From assembly GCA_964531275.1 (NCBI GenBank), contig CAZHDZ010000001.1, forward strand, positions 68,882 through 132,881: a stretch of 64,000 bases of DNA, read 5' to 3'. The DNA is from an uncultured Gammaproteobacteria bacterium (GTDB taxonomy: Bacteria; Patescibacteriota; Microgenomatia; Levybacterales; GWA1-39-11). The translations under genes and the position numbers were made by a program. Shown here in pieces: positions 25,170-34,442 of the stretch. The notes beneath the pieces were generated by a model. It searched no databases. It was not told the origin of the DNA and saw only the letters and a program-made list of their open reading frames with translations. How positions within the stretch are numbered: the stretch's first letter is position 1; each line of letters opens with the position of its first letter.

Positions 25170-26048
25170 ATGAAAAGTACAGAAGGGCATATACAAGTTA
25201 AAGGCGGAAAGATTTGGTATAAGGTCTTTCTCAGTGAAAAGAATACAACTCCTCTCATGGTCTTGCATGGTGGACCTGGATCCTCTTCTCATTCAATGCA
25301 GACTTTAAGTGAATTCTCAAAAGATAGGACTGTGGTTTTTTATGACCAGCTAGGATCGGGTCATTCTGATAGACCGCAAGATACAAAATTGTGGAAGAAA
25401 GAACGATTTGTTGAAGAGCTAGAGACGCTGCGAAAGCATTTAGGATTTGAGGAGGTATATCTATGGGGACAATCATGGGGGACAATGCTTGCAGTAATGT
25501 ATACATTAAAATTTCCAGAAAGAGTAAAAAGCATTCTTTTTTCAGGACCTTTCTTTAGTAGCAAGAGATGGATCGAGGACGCAAATAAACTCAAGGAGAC
25601 TTTGCCAAAAAAAGTTGTAGAGGTAATTGATAGGAATGAAAAAAATAAAACTTATGACTCGAAAGACTATGAGAGAGCAACTTTAGAATTTTATAAGAAA
25701 TATTTTTGCCGAATTTATCCATATCCAAAACCACTGCAGGAAGGGCAGAAGCTTATGGGGCTTGATGTCTATAACACAATGTGGGGATCGACAGAATTTC
25801 ATTGTACAGGTAATCTAAAAGATGCGGATTATATAGATCGTCTGCATGAGATAAATATCCCTGTATTTCTGATTTGTGGGAAATACGATATGGCAACACC
25901 ATCAACAACAAAATTTTACACAGACAAATTCCCTAATGCAAAAATGAAAATTCTAGATAAAAGTGCACACGCAATGTTCCTTGAAGAGAAAGAATTATTT
26001 CTGAAAAGTGGTATGGAATTTTTTAAAGAAGTAGATCAAAAGATCTAA
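25170..26048 (+). CDS. proline iminopeptidase-like (S33) alpha/beta hydrolase
   Basis: HGGPG, YDQLGSG, GQSWG nucleophile, GKYD, SAH. Confidence 0.92.
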   Translation: MKSTEGHIQVKGGKIWYKVFLSEKNTTPLMVLHGGPGSSSHSMQTLSEFSKDRTVVFYDQLGSGHSDRPQDTKLWKKERFVEELETLRKHLGFEEVYLWGQSWGTMLAVMYTLKFPERVKSILFSGPFFSSKRWIEDANKLKETLPKKVVEVIDRNEKNKTYDSKDYERATLEFYKKYFCRIYPYPKPLQEGQKLMGLDVYNTMWGSTEFHCTGNLKDADYIDRLHEINIPVFLICGKYDMATPSTTKFYTDKFPNAKMKILDKSAHAMFLEEKELFLKSGMEFFKEVDQKI

Positions 26049-26124
26049 CAAAATTCACAGATTCCGATTCACGTTTTGACCTTGATAAGGTTTAAATCTA
26101 AAAAACCATATGGTAATATGATGA

Positions 26125-26730
26125 ATGGAAAGCATCGTATTTGTTCTGGATAAAGTTGGCATATTTGCTTTTGCTTTCGTTGGAGTAAGCCACGGAGTTA
26201 AGAAAAAGCTAGATATTTTTGGACTGGTTATCTCGGGTGCAATTACTGCTGTTGGCGGCGGAGTAATACGAGACATATGTCTTGGAAGAATTCCATATGC
26301 CTTGTCACACAGCGAATATCTATTAATTGCGATCTCAGCAAGCGCCTTATCAATTCTCTTTTACAGATACCGACTTAAAATTCCCACAACACTAGTTCTT
26401 ATTGCGGACACGTTAGGGCTTGCTGCATTTGCTATTTCTGGTGCGAATGTTGCAATTGGTGCTGATCTTGGTGTGCTTGTAGTAGTTTTCTTTGCAATAC
26501 TTACAGCGGCTGGAGGAGGCTTACTAAGAGAGATTATTCTTAATGAAATACCCTTTATATTTAGACGTGAAATATACGCAACAGCCGCAGCAATTGGTGC
26601 TTTATTTTTCTACCTTTTAGTGGTCATTGGTCTTGAAATAGATCTTGCCAGTGGGTTCGCCTTAGTGTCGATAATTGCGATTAGATTTTTTTCAATTAGT
26701 AAAAACATTCATCTTCCGGTCATACGATAA
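26125..26730 (+). CDS. TRIC/UPF0126 family membrane protein
   Basis: duplicated GGGVIRD / GGGLLRE motifs, DTLGLAAF, EIYA. Confidence 0.9.
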   Translation: MESIVFVLDKVGIFAFAFVGVSHGVKKKLDIFGLVISGAITAVGGGVIRDICLGRIPYALSHSEYLLIAISASALSILFYRYRLKIPTTLVLIADTLGLAAFAISGANVAIGADLGVLVVVFFAILTAAGGGLLREIILNEIPFIFRREIYATAAAIGALFFYLLVVIGLEIDLASGFALVSIIAIRFFSISKNIHLPVIR

Positions 26731-26741
26731 AGCAAGAAAAT

Positions 26742-27005
26742 TTACTTTACAGTAAGAGTGTGTGTTGTTGTGGAGCCGCCGTTCCCATTAAGATTGTGAC
26801 GAGTTATTGGCGTAAAAGAAACAGTTTGATCAACAAATAATTGTTGCCCTTCTGGTATCGGCAGAAGTGCTTTTGATATCTCGCCAATATCAGGTCTTTC
26901 ATACTCAATAACTGCAATATTTCTACCCTTCGAATCAAGAGGATCTTTTATCTCTATCAGTGTCCCGCATTTAGGAGTGCCAATTGTGAATAATATCTCT
27001 GTCAT
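26742..27005 (-). CDS. hypothetical protein
   Basis: 87-aa ORF; TATAAT 12 nt upstream of ATG. Confidence 0.55.
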   Translation of the reverse strand: MTEILFTIGTPKCGTLIEIKDPLDSKGRNIAVIEYERPDIGEISKALLPIPEGQQLFVDQTVSFTPITRHNLNGNGGSTTTHTLTVK

Positions 27006-27137
27006 GCAGCGATTATAGCATAGGACTATTACTCATACTAGAACATACTGTATCTGTTATAGTTATAGATAGGAATTACTTCTTACACTCCTAGTTCCTT
27101 TTCTGCATTTATCCGCACGCGTTCCTAAAGACATTGT

Positions 27138-28346
27138 ATGAACATTCTTTTTATTAGTCCTAATTCACCTTTTGAAAGCATCGGTGGAATTGAAAGATAT
27201 GTAATTAATCTTATTAATTTTTATAAAAATAGAAAAGAAGATGAGGTGCACTTGATCCTTCCAACAAAAGAAAAAAGCAACATAGTCAAGGAAGGTAGTA
27301 TGACTATTTATTATGATACAAGCCTTTTTGTTTCGGGAGATATGACACGGTCGCAGACAGAAATAGTTGATAAGGCACATTTATTTGCTTCACTTGTAGA
27401 AAAAATTATTAAAGACGAAAAAATTGATATTATCTGTGCAGAAAATATTATGTTCAGTACTCCCCCTTCCTTCAGTCTTTTGCTTAATATGGTTGCCAAT
27501 ATACACAAGATTCCTCTTGTTCTGCGACTTCATATGTATCCAGCCTCAGATCTTCAGATTGCATTAACCACACAACTTTTATGGAATAAAATTAGTTGCG
27601 TTAGTAGAAGTGTTGTTGGGGATTGTTTTGAAAAAGGCGCAAACATAGATAAATTATCTACGGATTATTTAGGAGTAAATCTTGATAATTTTAATACGGT
27701 TCGTGATCCAAAATATCAACTGAGAAAAAAACTAAATCTTTCAGAAGACAAAAAGATAATTCTAACGGCAAGTCGGATTATCAGGGGTTCTAAAAATATC
27801 TTGCAGGAAAAGGGAATAATTAATCTCATTCAAGCTTTTTCAAAACTCGCTTTAAGATATCCAGACTTACACCTCGTGATTGGTGTTGGAAAAGCGTCTG
27901 AAAATTTAAAAAACCATTTCAATAGTGCTTATGAAATGCTTCTGGGATATATAAAAATTCACAATATAGAATCCCAGACGTCAGTTAAGATGTTTGAGCT
28001 CGATGAAATGCCAGATGTCTATAGAGAATCAGATGTATTTGTCCTTGCTGCAGAGCGCAATGAAACTTTCGGACAGGTGTTTATCGAAGCAATGGCATGC
28101 GGGCTCCCAGTAATAGGTGCAAATACAGGAGGAATTCCTGAAATTATTAGTGATTCATATAATGGGTATTTGGTTCCTGCAGATGACTCAAGTGTTCTTG
28201 CCCAACGAATAGAAAGTTTGGTGAAGGATGATGTAATAAGAAGTGATTTTATTAAGGCGGGTATAAAGACTATTGAGGAGAAATTTACTTCTGAAGATCA
28301 ATTCCTGAGTTTTAATAAAATGTTAAGAAACATTCAGCTAAGCTAG
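27138..28346 (+). CDS. glycosyltransferase family 4
   Basis: GGIERY; ETFGQVFIEAMACGLPVIG...GGIPEII. Confidence 0.95.
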   Translation: MNILFISPNSPFESIGGIERYVINLINFYKNRKEDEVHLILPTKEKSNIVKEGSMTIYYDTSLFVSGDMTRSQTEIVDKAHLFASLVEKIIKDEKIDIICAENIMFSTPPSFSLLLNMVANIHKIPLVLRLHMYPASDLQIALTTQLLWNKISCVSRSVVGDCFEKGANIDKLSTDYLGVNLDNFNTVRDPKYQLRKKLNLSEDKKIILTASRIIRGSKNILQEKGIINLIQAFSKLALRYPDLHLVIGVGKASENLKNHFNSAYEMLLGYIKIHNIESQTSVKMFELDEMPDVYRESDVFVLAAERNETFGQVFIEAMACGLPVIGANTGGIPEIISDSYNGYLVPADDSSVLAQRIESLVKDDVIRSDFIKAGIKTIEEKFTSEDQFLSFNKMLRNIQLS

Positions 28347-28949
28347 TAAAAGCATTAGCACTGCAAGAGCTGCCATCCCAAAATCTTCAATTAATGTAAC
28401 TTTAGTCAAAGGAACTTTTAAGAATGTGCCCAGACAAACGCATTGGAATTTTTCACCTTTCATAATTTTTTGGAGAACTCCTATTCCTGAAAAAGTCATA
28501 ACAATGATTTCAAGAATTAGTATCTGAGTTGTCCATAGACCAACTATCATCGCAAGGCCAAAAAACAGTTCTATAAAAGGATAAACATATCCATATTGGT
28601 ACCATTTCTTGGCAAGCAGATCATATGTAAAATATCCATCTGCAAAGCCTTTCAGATCAATAAGTTTAAATCCGGCGAAGACAATAAAAAAGCCTGCCAT
28701 GAAGCTTTGCAGTATTGATTTTAGATTAACCGAGTTTTGATTAAATGAAATTGCAAGTGATGTTAAAAGAATTAGACCTACAATAATAAATAAGGGGGTG
28801 TAATTTTTTAAGTCAGAATCTTTTTTAACATGATGCGCGCTGTGAGATTTAGCTTCTCCCTCCAGAACTAACCTCATGCCGCAGATAGAGCAATTCCCAG
28901 GCTTTTGCTGTCTAATCTCAGAATGCATCGGGCAAACGTAAAATTTCAT
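28338..28949 (-). CDS. heavy-metal-binding (CPMH) domain + MauE/DoxX-like membrane protein
   Basis: YVCPMH...PGNCSICGMRL; YPFIEL; CVCLG...EDFGM. Confidence 0.85.
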   Translation of the reverse strand: MKFYVCPMHSEIRQQKPGNCSICGMRLVLEGEAKSHSAHHVKKDSDLKNYTPLFIIVGLILLTSLAISFNQNSVNLKSILQSFMAGFFIVFAGFKLIDLKGFADGYFTYDLLAKKWYQYGYVYPFIELFFGLAMIVGLWTTQILILEIIVMTFSGIGVLQKIMKGEKFQCVCLGTFLKVPLTKVTLIEDFGMAALAVLMLLLA

Positions 28950-28992
28950 ATATTCTATTATACCAGTCAGTCAATCCTTGATATAGCAGTAT

Positions 28993-29038
28993 GCTTATTA
29001 AAGCCGCAGGCTTATTAAAGCTGCAAGCTTATTAAAGC
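28993..29038. repeat. three tandem copies of GCTTATTAAAGC at 17-bp period
   Basis: copies start at 28993, 29010 and 29027, in the divergent promoter region. Confidence 0.9.
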
Positions 29039-29066
29039 TATTTTGGCTTTGATATAATTTAATGTT

Positions 29067-29630
29067 TTGAAAAAAGAAAAAGACTTTTCATATAAAGATT
29101 TATTCATTGCCTTCTTCAAAACAGGTAGTGTTTTTGGAGGAGGACTTGGAGTTCTTTCGTCATTGCGTGAGCAATTTGTCAAAAATTTAAAGATTGTTGA
29201 GAATGATGAATTTATGGCTATTTGGGGAATTGCTCGTATTGTTCCTGGCGGAACGATTGGTGCAATTGCGATTGCGATTGGTTATAAGAGCAAGAAGATA
29301 TTGGGTGCTCTTATTGCAATTACAGCACTTACATTGCCCGGATTTTCAGTTGCCTTAATACTTTCAATGCTCTATTTACCCCTGAAGGGTACTCCCTTTT
29401 TTGGGTACATGAATGATGCGGTTCTTCCTGCAGCCTTGGGGCTTATCGTTCTGGCAATCATAAATTTAGGTAAGGATGTATTTACTTCTAAGATTTTAGT
29501 AGCATTTTCTATTTGTTCCTTCATTTCTTCGTTTTTTCTTAACCTTAATCCGACATTTGTCCTTTTAGTTGGGGGAGTGCTCGCTGCAGGAATCTTAATG
29601 AGAAGGGGGAAGAAAAGTGTCACTACTTGA
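29067..29630 (+). CDS. chrA: short-chain chromate transporter (CHR family), subunit 1
   Basis: FFKTGSVFGGG, ARIVPG, GALIA..ALTLPGF. Confidence 0.85.
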   Translation: MKKEKDFSYKDLFIAFFKTGSVFGGGLGVLSSLREQFVKNLKIVENDEFMAIWGIARIVPGGTIGAIAIAIGYKSKKILGALIAITALTLPGFSVALILSMLYLPLKGTPFFGYMNDAVLPAALGLIVLAIINLGKDVFTSKILVAFSICSFISSFFLNLNPTFVLLVGGVLAAGILMRRGKKSVTT

Positions 29631-30138
29631 TCTATTAAGCGTATTTCTTTTCTATACAATTATTACTTTTGGAAATGCCTTGGTAATGTTCCCAATACTT
29701 CGTGAAGAGCTGGTTATTAATCGTCACGTTATCACAAGTGAACAATTGCTATACGCATTTGCTGTGGCTCGCGTGACGCCTGGTCTCTTCAATTTGTATG
29801 TGACATCTATTGGGTATATGTTGTATGGAATAGTGGGCGCGACACTATCTACAATTGTGATAGCTCTTCCCGCGTTCATAATTATTCCTTTTCACAAACT
29901 GTATGAAAAAATAAAAAAGAATTCTTTTGTTGCAAATTTCGTAATCGGAATGACTGCAGTATCAGTAGGTCTTATCTTTTCAGCAGTTGCTGATATGGCA
30001 AAGCTAACACTTACCGGTACAATTCCTTGGATAGTTTTTATTGCGGTGTTGGTGCTTTCAAGAATAATCAAAAAAAACACATTCTATTGTTTTGTGATAG
30101 CAAGTCTTCTTGGGATCGTTCTAAAATTTTTGTCCTAA
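29617..30138 (+). CDS. chrA: short-chain chromate transporter (CHR family), subunit 2
   Basis: TFGN, ARVTPG, IGY..YGIVGA...LPAF; overlaps subunit 1. Confidence 0.85.
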   Translation: MSLLDLLSVFLFYTIITFGNALVMFPILREELVINRHVITSEQLLYAFAVARVTPGLFNLYVTSIGYMLYGIVGATLSTIVIALPAFIIIPFHKLYEKIKKNSFVANFVIGMTAVSVGLIFSAVADMAKLTLTGTIPWIVFIAVLVLSRIIKKNTFYCFVIASLLGIVLKFLS

Positions 30139-30165
30139 GAAAATTTAAAAGCAAAAGACACAAAA

Positions 30166-32142
30166 TTAAAGTTCTATTGAGTGTCCATCTTCTTGTATTA
30201 CGTGCCTAATGGCTCTTCTCTGGTAATTCTCAGTAACTGTAGGATATGCTTTTGCAGTTTCAGCAATTTCGCTTTTGTTTTTGGTTATATATTTGTTCTG
30301 CATAGCTCTTACTTCGGCAATAGCATCTTTAAATGTAGGTTGTATAAAAATTTTCTCAACATTATCCAGATAATCTATAACTGCATACGATGTGAAAAGA
30401 CGCGCATGGAGCAGTTGGTAGCGTTCTTCTATTATCTCTTCTTTTGCGATGCCAAAGTATTTTCTCAGAAGAGGATATCTAATTATGGTTCTTTTTAGTC
30501 TCAGTAATCTTTTTCTGTATGAATGGTTGGTTTCAATAAATCCATCTTGATCTACCAAACGCCCTTTTGGCATATTTGGATGCTCTAGGGCGTCGAGCTG
30601 CATGTCCAATTCTGTCTCGAATAGAAAGTGAACATTCTCATCAAATCTTCCTTCATGGAATAATTTATCTGAGGTTGTGCGCTCAATTTCTAAAGCCTGA
30701 ATTTTTAGACTATGAAGAAACGCAAAATAATCAGAGGTTTGGTCTAGTCTATCCCTTAATACTTTGGCCTTTTTGTCCAGACGGCCCATTGTTTCATTTA
30801 TAATTTCAGGAGAAAACTCACGTTTGGAAAGCTCTGCTAATTTATTCTTTCTGTTTTGAATTGAGAACAATTTCATTTCATCTGTAATAATTTTTTCTTC
30901 AGAGCTTGGCAGGTGTAGTCTTAGCTTAACCAAAAGCCATTTAATCGTGAGACCATTAAATAGAAGTGTGAATAGTAGAGTCCCAAGTGTAAAGCTTAAT
31001 ATCGTGTCTTTATAAATAAAACTATCGGGGAGTGAGTACACCAAAACTAAAGGAATAACTCCACGAAGACCGCTCCAATTGAGGATGTGCTGCCATGAGA
31101 GAGGTATATTAGGTTCGTCTCTGAAGAACGGTGTGTAATTGGTTATGAACGCTGAAAGATAAACAGATACAGCTCGTCCAATAAGAACTGCTCCAGCCGC
31201 AATAAGGACTCCAGTCATATTACCTATGAACATTGAAAAATTCAGATTGAATGTTGCAAAGAAAAATACCAGTGACACTGCTACAAAACCCCAGAAAGCC
31301 CAGAATTCTTCTATAAAATGTATAGCTTGAATAGAAAGTTTGTTTCTGCCAATATTACCCATTGTTATGCCTGCCATAACGGTTGCTATTACGCCTGACA
31401 CATGGAGATAGTGTTCTGCTGTTATAAAAGATCCAAGTGCAAGAGCAGCGGTAACTGTATTTACCAGAATTCTGTCATTTTTAACTAAAGGAACAATTCT
31501 TGATGCTATATATCCAAGAACAGTTCCATAAATCAGACTTCCAAAAAATACCCATGAAAAATCAATAACCCCGGTAAAAAGTTTGCCTGCTTCAAAAGCC
31601 GTACCTCCCAAAACAAAAACCGATACTATGCGAAATGCTATAACTCCGGTAGCGTCATTGAACATGCTTTCTCCATCAGCAAGCAATGCAAGGCGTTTTG
31701 GGGCACCTAATGTTTTGAAGAGTGACAGAACGGCAATCGGGTCAGTTGCTGATATCAACGCGCCAAACAGAAGAGCGGGACCAAGAGGCATGTTGAGGGC
31801 AAAAGCTACTAGAAATCCCACAACAAACATTGATATTAGAAGCCCAAATGTTGCAAAAAATGAGATTGTTTTGAACTGAAGACGAAATTGATGGATATTT
31901 ATGTGCAGTGCTGCTTCAAAAAGAAGAACCGGCAGTAAAACAAAAAATATAACATCTGTGCTTAGGACCAGTTGGATATTGAGTCCAAGAAAATTATTTA
32001 CAACTTGCACAAGGAAGCCACTTAGTAAAAGTGCCACAGTATAAGGGAATGTTGATTTCTCTGAAATGCGTTGAATTACTGCTATTATGCAAAAGAAAAA
32101 CGCACTAAATAAAATAATTGATTGGACTATGTTGTGTTCCAT
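30166..32142 (-). CDS. CPA1 family Na+/H+ antiporter with C-terminal extension
   Basis: LPVLLFEAA, ISATDPIAV, GESMFNDA, HVSGVIA, SGLRG. Confidence 0.93.
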   Translation of the reverse strand: MEHNIVQSIILFSAFFFCIIAVIQRISEKSTFPYTVALLLSGFLVQVVNNFLGLNIQLVLSTDVIFFVLLPVLLFEAALHINIHQFRLQFKTISFFATFGLLISMFVVGFLVAFALNMPLGPALLFGALISATDPIAVLSLFKTLGAPKRLALLADGESMFNDATGVIAFRIVSVFVLGGTAFEAGKLFTGVIDFSWVFFGSLIYGTVLGYIASRIVPLVKNDRILVNTVTAALALGSFITAEHYLHVSGVIATVMAGITMGNIGRNKLSIQAIHFIEEFWAFWGFVAVSLVFFFATFNLNFSMFIGNMTGVLIAAGAVLIGRAVSVYLSAFITNYTPFFRDEPNIPLSWQHILNWSGLRGVIPLVLVYSLPDSFIYKDTILSFTLGTLLFTLLFNGLTIKWLLVKLRLHLPSSEEKIITDEMKLFSIQNRKNKLAELSKREFSPEIINETMGRLDKKAKVLRDRLDQTSDYFAFLHSLKIQALEIERTTSDKLFHEGRFDENVHFLFETELDMQLDALEHPNMPKGRLVDQDGFIETNHSYRKRLLRLKRTIIRYPLLRKYFGIAKEEIIEERYQLLHARLFTSYAVIDYLDNVEKIFIQPTFKDAIAEVRAMQNKYITKNKSEIAETAKAYPTVTENYQRRAIRHVIQEDGHSIEL

Positions 32143-32273
32143 TGCCAAGAAAAAACCTCACTTCTTGTGAGGTTCATATATTCTACCAAAAAAATTCTTG
32201 TATGGCATTTACATTTTGGACGTTTTAAGTTGAAATAATAGCTTCACATTGATATACTTCGACACACTTATAT

Positions 32274-32765
32274 ATGGATAGTACTGTGGGTCAAAATCTT
32301 ACTGATCAACAACGCTTAAAGCAGGCATGGGGTCAACTCGGAATCCTTGGAAAATCTCTTGCAATCATGCTTCTTCTTTTACCTATTCTTCCGTTTGTAA
32401 AACTTCCTAGCTTCAATGATGAGAAAATAGTAAATACAGTTCCTAAAAAAAATGCAAACAACAGTATAGTTGTCACAAAAGTCTCTCCAACTCCCACACA
32501 TGTTGTGAAGGTTATGGTTTCGCCAACTCCATCTGCTGTTACACCAACTCCTGAAGTAATCGTTAAAGAAATAGTAGTTGAGCCCTCACCGAAAGGGCAG
32601 ACTTCCCCTACTTCGAAACCACAGATAAATCCAACAATAACTCCTACTGAGGAACCAAAAGATCCAGGCAAAAAAGAAGAAAAGAAGGAAGAAAATAAGC
32701 CTGGTGTAGTAGGTAAAGTCCTTGCAAATATCGGAGAGTTAAAGCTTGTTAGGGTAGGCAATTAG
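32274..32765 (+). CDS. membrane-anchored Pro/Thr-rich low-complexity protein
   Basis: one TM, then SPTPT repeats and a charged tail. Confidence 0.65.
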   Translation: MDSTVGQNLTDQQRLKQAWGQLGILGKSLAIMLLLLPILPFVKLPSFNDEKIVNTVPKKNANNSIVVTKVSPTPTHVVKVMVSPTPSAVTPTPEVIVKEIVVEPSPKGQTSPTSKPQINPTITPTEEPKDPGKKEEKKEENKPGVVGKVLANIGELKLVRVGN

Positions 32766-32792
32766 AGTGGTATAATAATACTAAATTCACGC

Positions 32793-34340
32793 ATGCTAGA
32801 TTTTGTGAAAACAAAAGTACCTGTCTCCTCTTTTATCCTTAGTGTTGTTGTAGCTTGGTCCCTCATCCCAATCCCAAGTGGATTTCCCTTTGTAGCATTC
32901 TCAATTCTTTTTATATTTCTTGGAACACTTGTATACATTTTAAGGAAAGATAAAAGTTGGTTTGATGCCCTTTTATATATAGGTATAGTAGTGCTGTCAA
33001 TTTTCGAAATGGTCTATGCCAATGATGTTGTTCAATTCATCAACTTTATGTTTATTATCCTATTTGGGTCTCTTCTTGTCCTTCCAATTGCTAAAGGCCA
33101 TACCTTGGTAAATCTTTTTCTGACACCATTCTCCTTATTCAATCAAATAGTATCTGGAAAAAGTATTTTTCCTTATTCTTTAAGTGCTTTTAAAGGATCC
33201 AATAAAGTAGGAATTGTCAAAAAATATGTACCGTCCCTTATTGTAACTGCAATTTTTCTTGCGATTACCATTCCGCTTCTTTCTTCTGCAAATCCCTTCT
33301 TTAATCAGTTGATGCAAAGTATTTTTAAGTTCTTTAACCTAGAACAAATTACGAAATTTATATTAGGAGACGAGCCTATATTTTGGTTAATAAGATTGAT
33401 ATTCTTTGTAATTATTGCGGCAATTATTCCCAGAATTCTGACGGTAAGTGCAACGGGAGTGAAGATAAAAGAAATGAATTTTTACATTTCTGTTAATTAT
33501 CTTTTTCCAAAAGTTGCAATGGGAATTCTTCTTATAATATTCTTCATAACTCAAGCTCAGCTTTATTTTGCGAGTCCTGATCTTTTATGGAAAATGGGTT
33601 ATACAAATTCTCGTCTTACAAATGAAGTATTTTTCCAGGTAACTGTTGTGGCTTTTATTATATTCTTCCTTGCTTATGTAGATCGCAAGAGAGAAAAGTG
33701 GGATAGACTTCTTTCATACTTCTTGATTTTAGAGGCATTTTTCTTAGTAGGTATCGCATTCAAAAGTGTAATTGATTACAGTATTCTTTGGGGTCTTACT
33801 CAAAAAAGACTTTGGGGATATGCAACAATGTCATGGCTTACAGGTGCACTTCTTCTTTTTGTATATTTTTATAGTAAAAAAATACTGTTACTTTCTTTCT
33901 TCAGATATATAATTTCATTTACAATACTAGTACTTATCTCTATAAATATTGCAAATTTTGATTATTTAATTGCTCATTATTCAAATGCTAGAACCCAGGC
34001 TGGAATTGACAATACGTATCTTGCAAAGCTTTCACCAGATGGTGCTTACTACAGAGAGACATTGAATGGCTTGGTTGTAGAAATAGAAAAGAGCAATACG
34101 AGGGACTTTTTCAAATCAAATGCAGCATACTATTTACTTGCCCGGATAGATGATCTTAAAAGAAAAAATACAGATAAAGGTTCTTTTAATAGCTTTAATC
34201 TCTCTGATTACAATGAGTATCAGGATATAAAGGACATAAATACAGAAGCATATCGGGCAAAAATCTCAGCTATTGATCAGAAATTGATAAAAGAAGAAGA
34301 ACTTCGTTCTAAAGTGATTGATGCGAGCAAGAAAGAATAA
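32793..34340 (+). CDS. DUF4153/DUF4173-like polytopic membrane protein
   Basis: LLSSANPFF, WGLTQKRLWG, IDNTYLAKLSPDG. Confidence 0.7.
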   Translation: MLDFVKTKVPVSSFILSVVVAWSLIPIPSGFPFVAFSILFIFLGTLVYILRKDKSWFDALLYIGIVVLSIFEMVYANDVVQFINFMFIILFGSLLVLPIAKGHTLVNLFLTPFSLFNQIVSGKSIFPYSLSAFKGSNKVGIVKKYVPSLIVTAIFLAITIPLLSSANPFFNQLMQSIFKFFNLEQITKFILGDEPIFWLIRLIFFVIIAAIIPRILTVSATGVKIKEMNFYISVNYLFPKVAMGILLIIFFITQAQLYFASPDLLWKMGYTNSRLTNEVFFQVTVVAFIIFFLAYVDRKREKWDRLLSYFLILEAFFLVGIAFKSVIDYSILWGLTQKRLWGYATMSWLTGALLLFVYFYSKKILLLSFFRYIISFTILVLISINIANFDYLIAHYSNARTQAGIDNTYLAKLSPDGAYYRETLNGLVVEIEKSNTRDFFKSNAAYYLLARIDDLKRKNTDKGSFNSFNLSDYNEYQDIKDINTEAYRAKISAIDQKLIKEEELRSKVIDASKKE

Positions 34341-34360
34341 TCTTTTCCGATTGAATTTCA

Positions 34361-34392
34361 AAACAACCTCACATTGCGTGGGGTCGTTTTTT
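34361..34392 (+). terminator. intrinsic terminator (possibly bidirectional)
   Basis: AAAACAACCTCAC-attgc-GTGGGGTCGTTTTT. Confidence 0.6.
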
Positions 34393-34442
34393 ATTAACCC
34401 ATAGTTAATTTTTGACTCTGAAGGTGGTATAATTCGCCAAAT

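Noticed and set aside
28993-29038. Possible mini-CRISPR array
   Set aside because: 12-bp repeats with 5-nt spacers are far too short, and there are no cas genes in the window.
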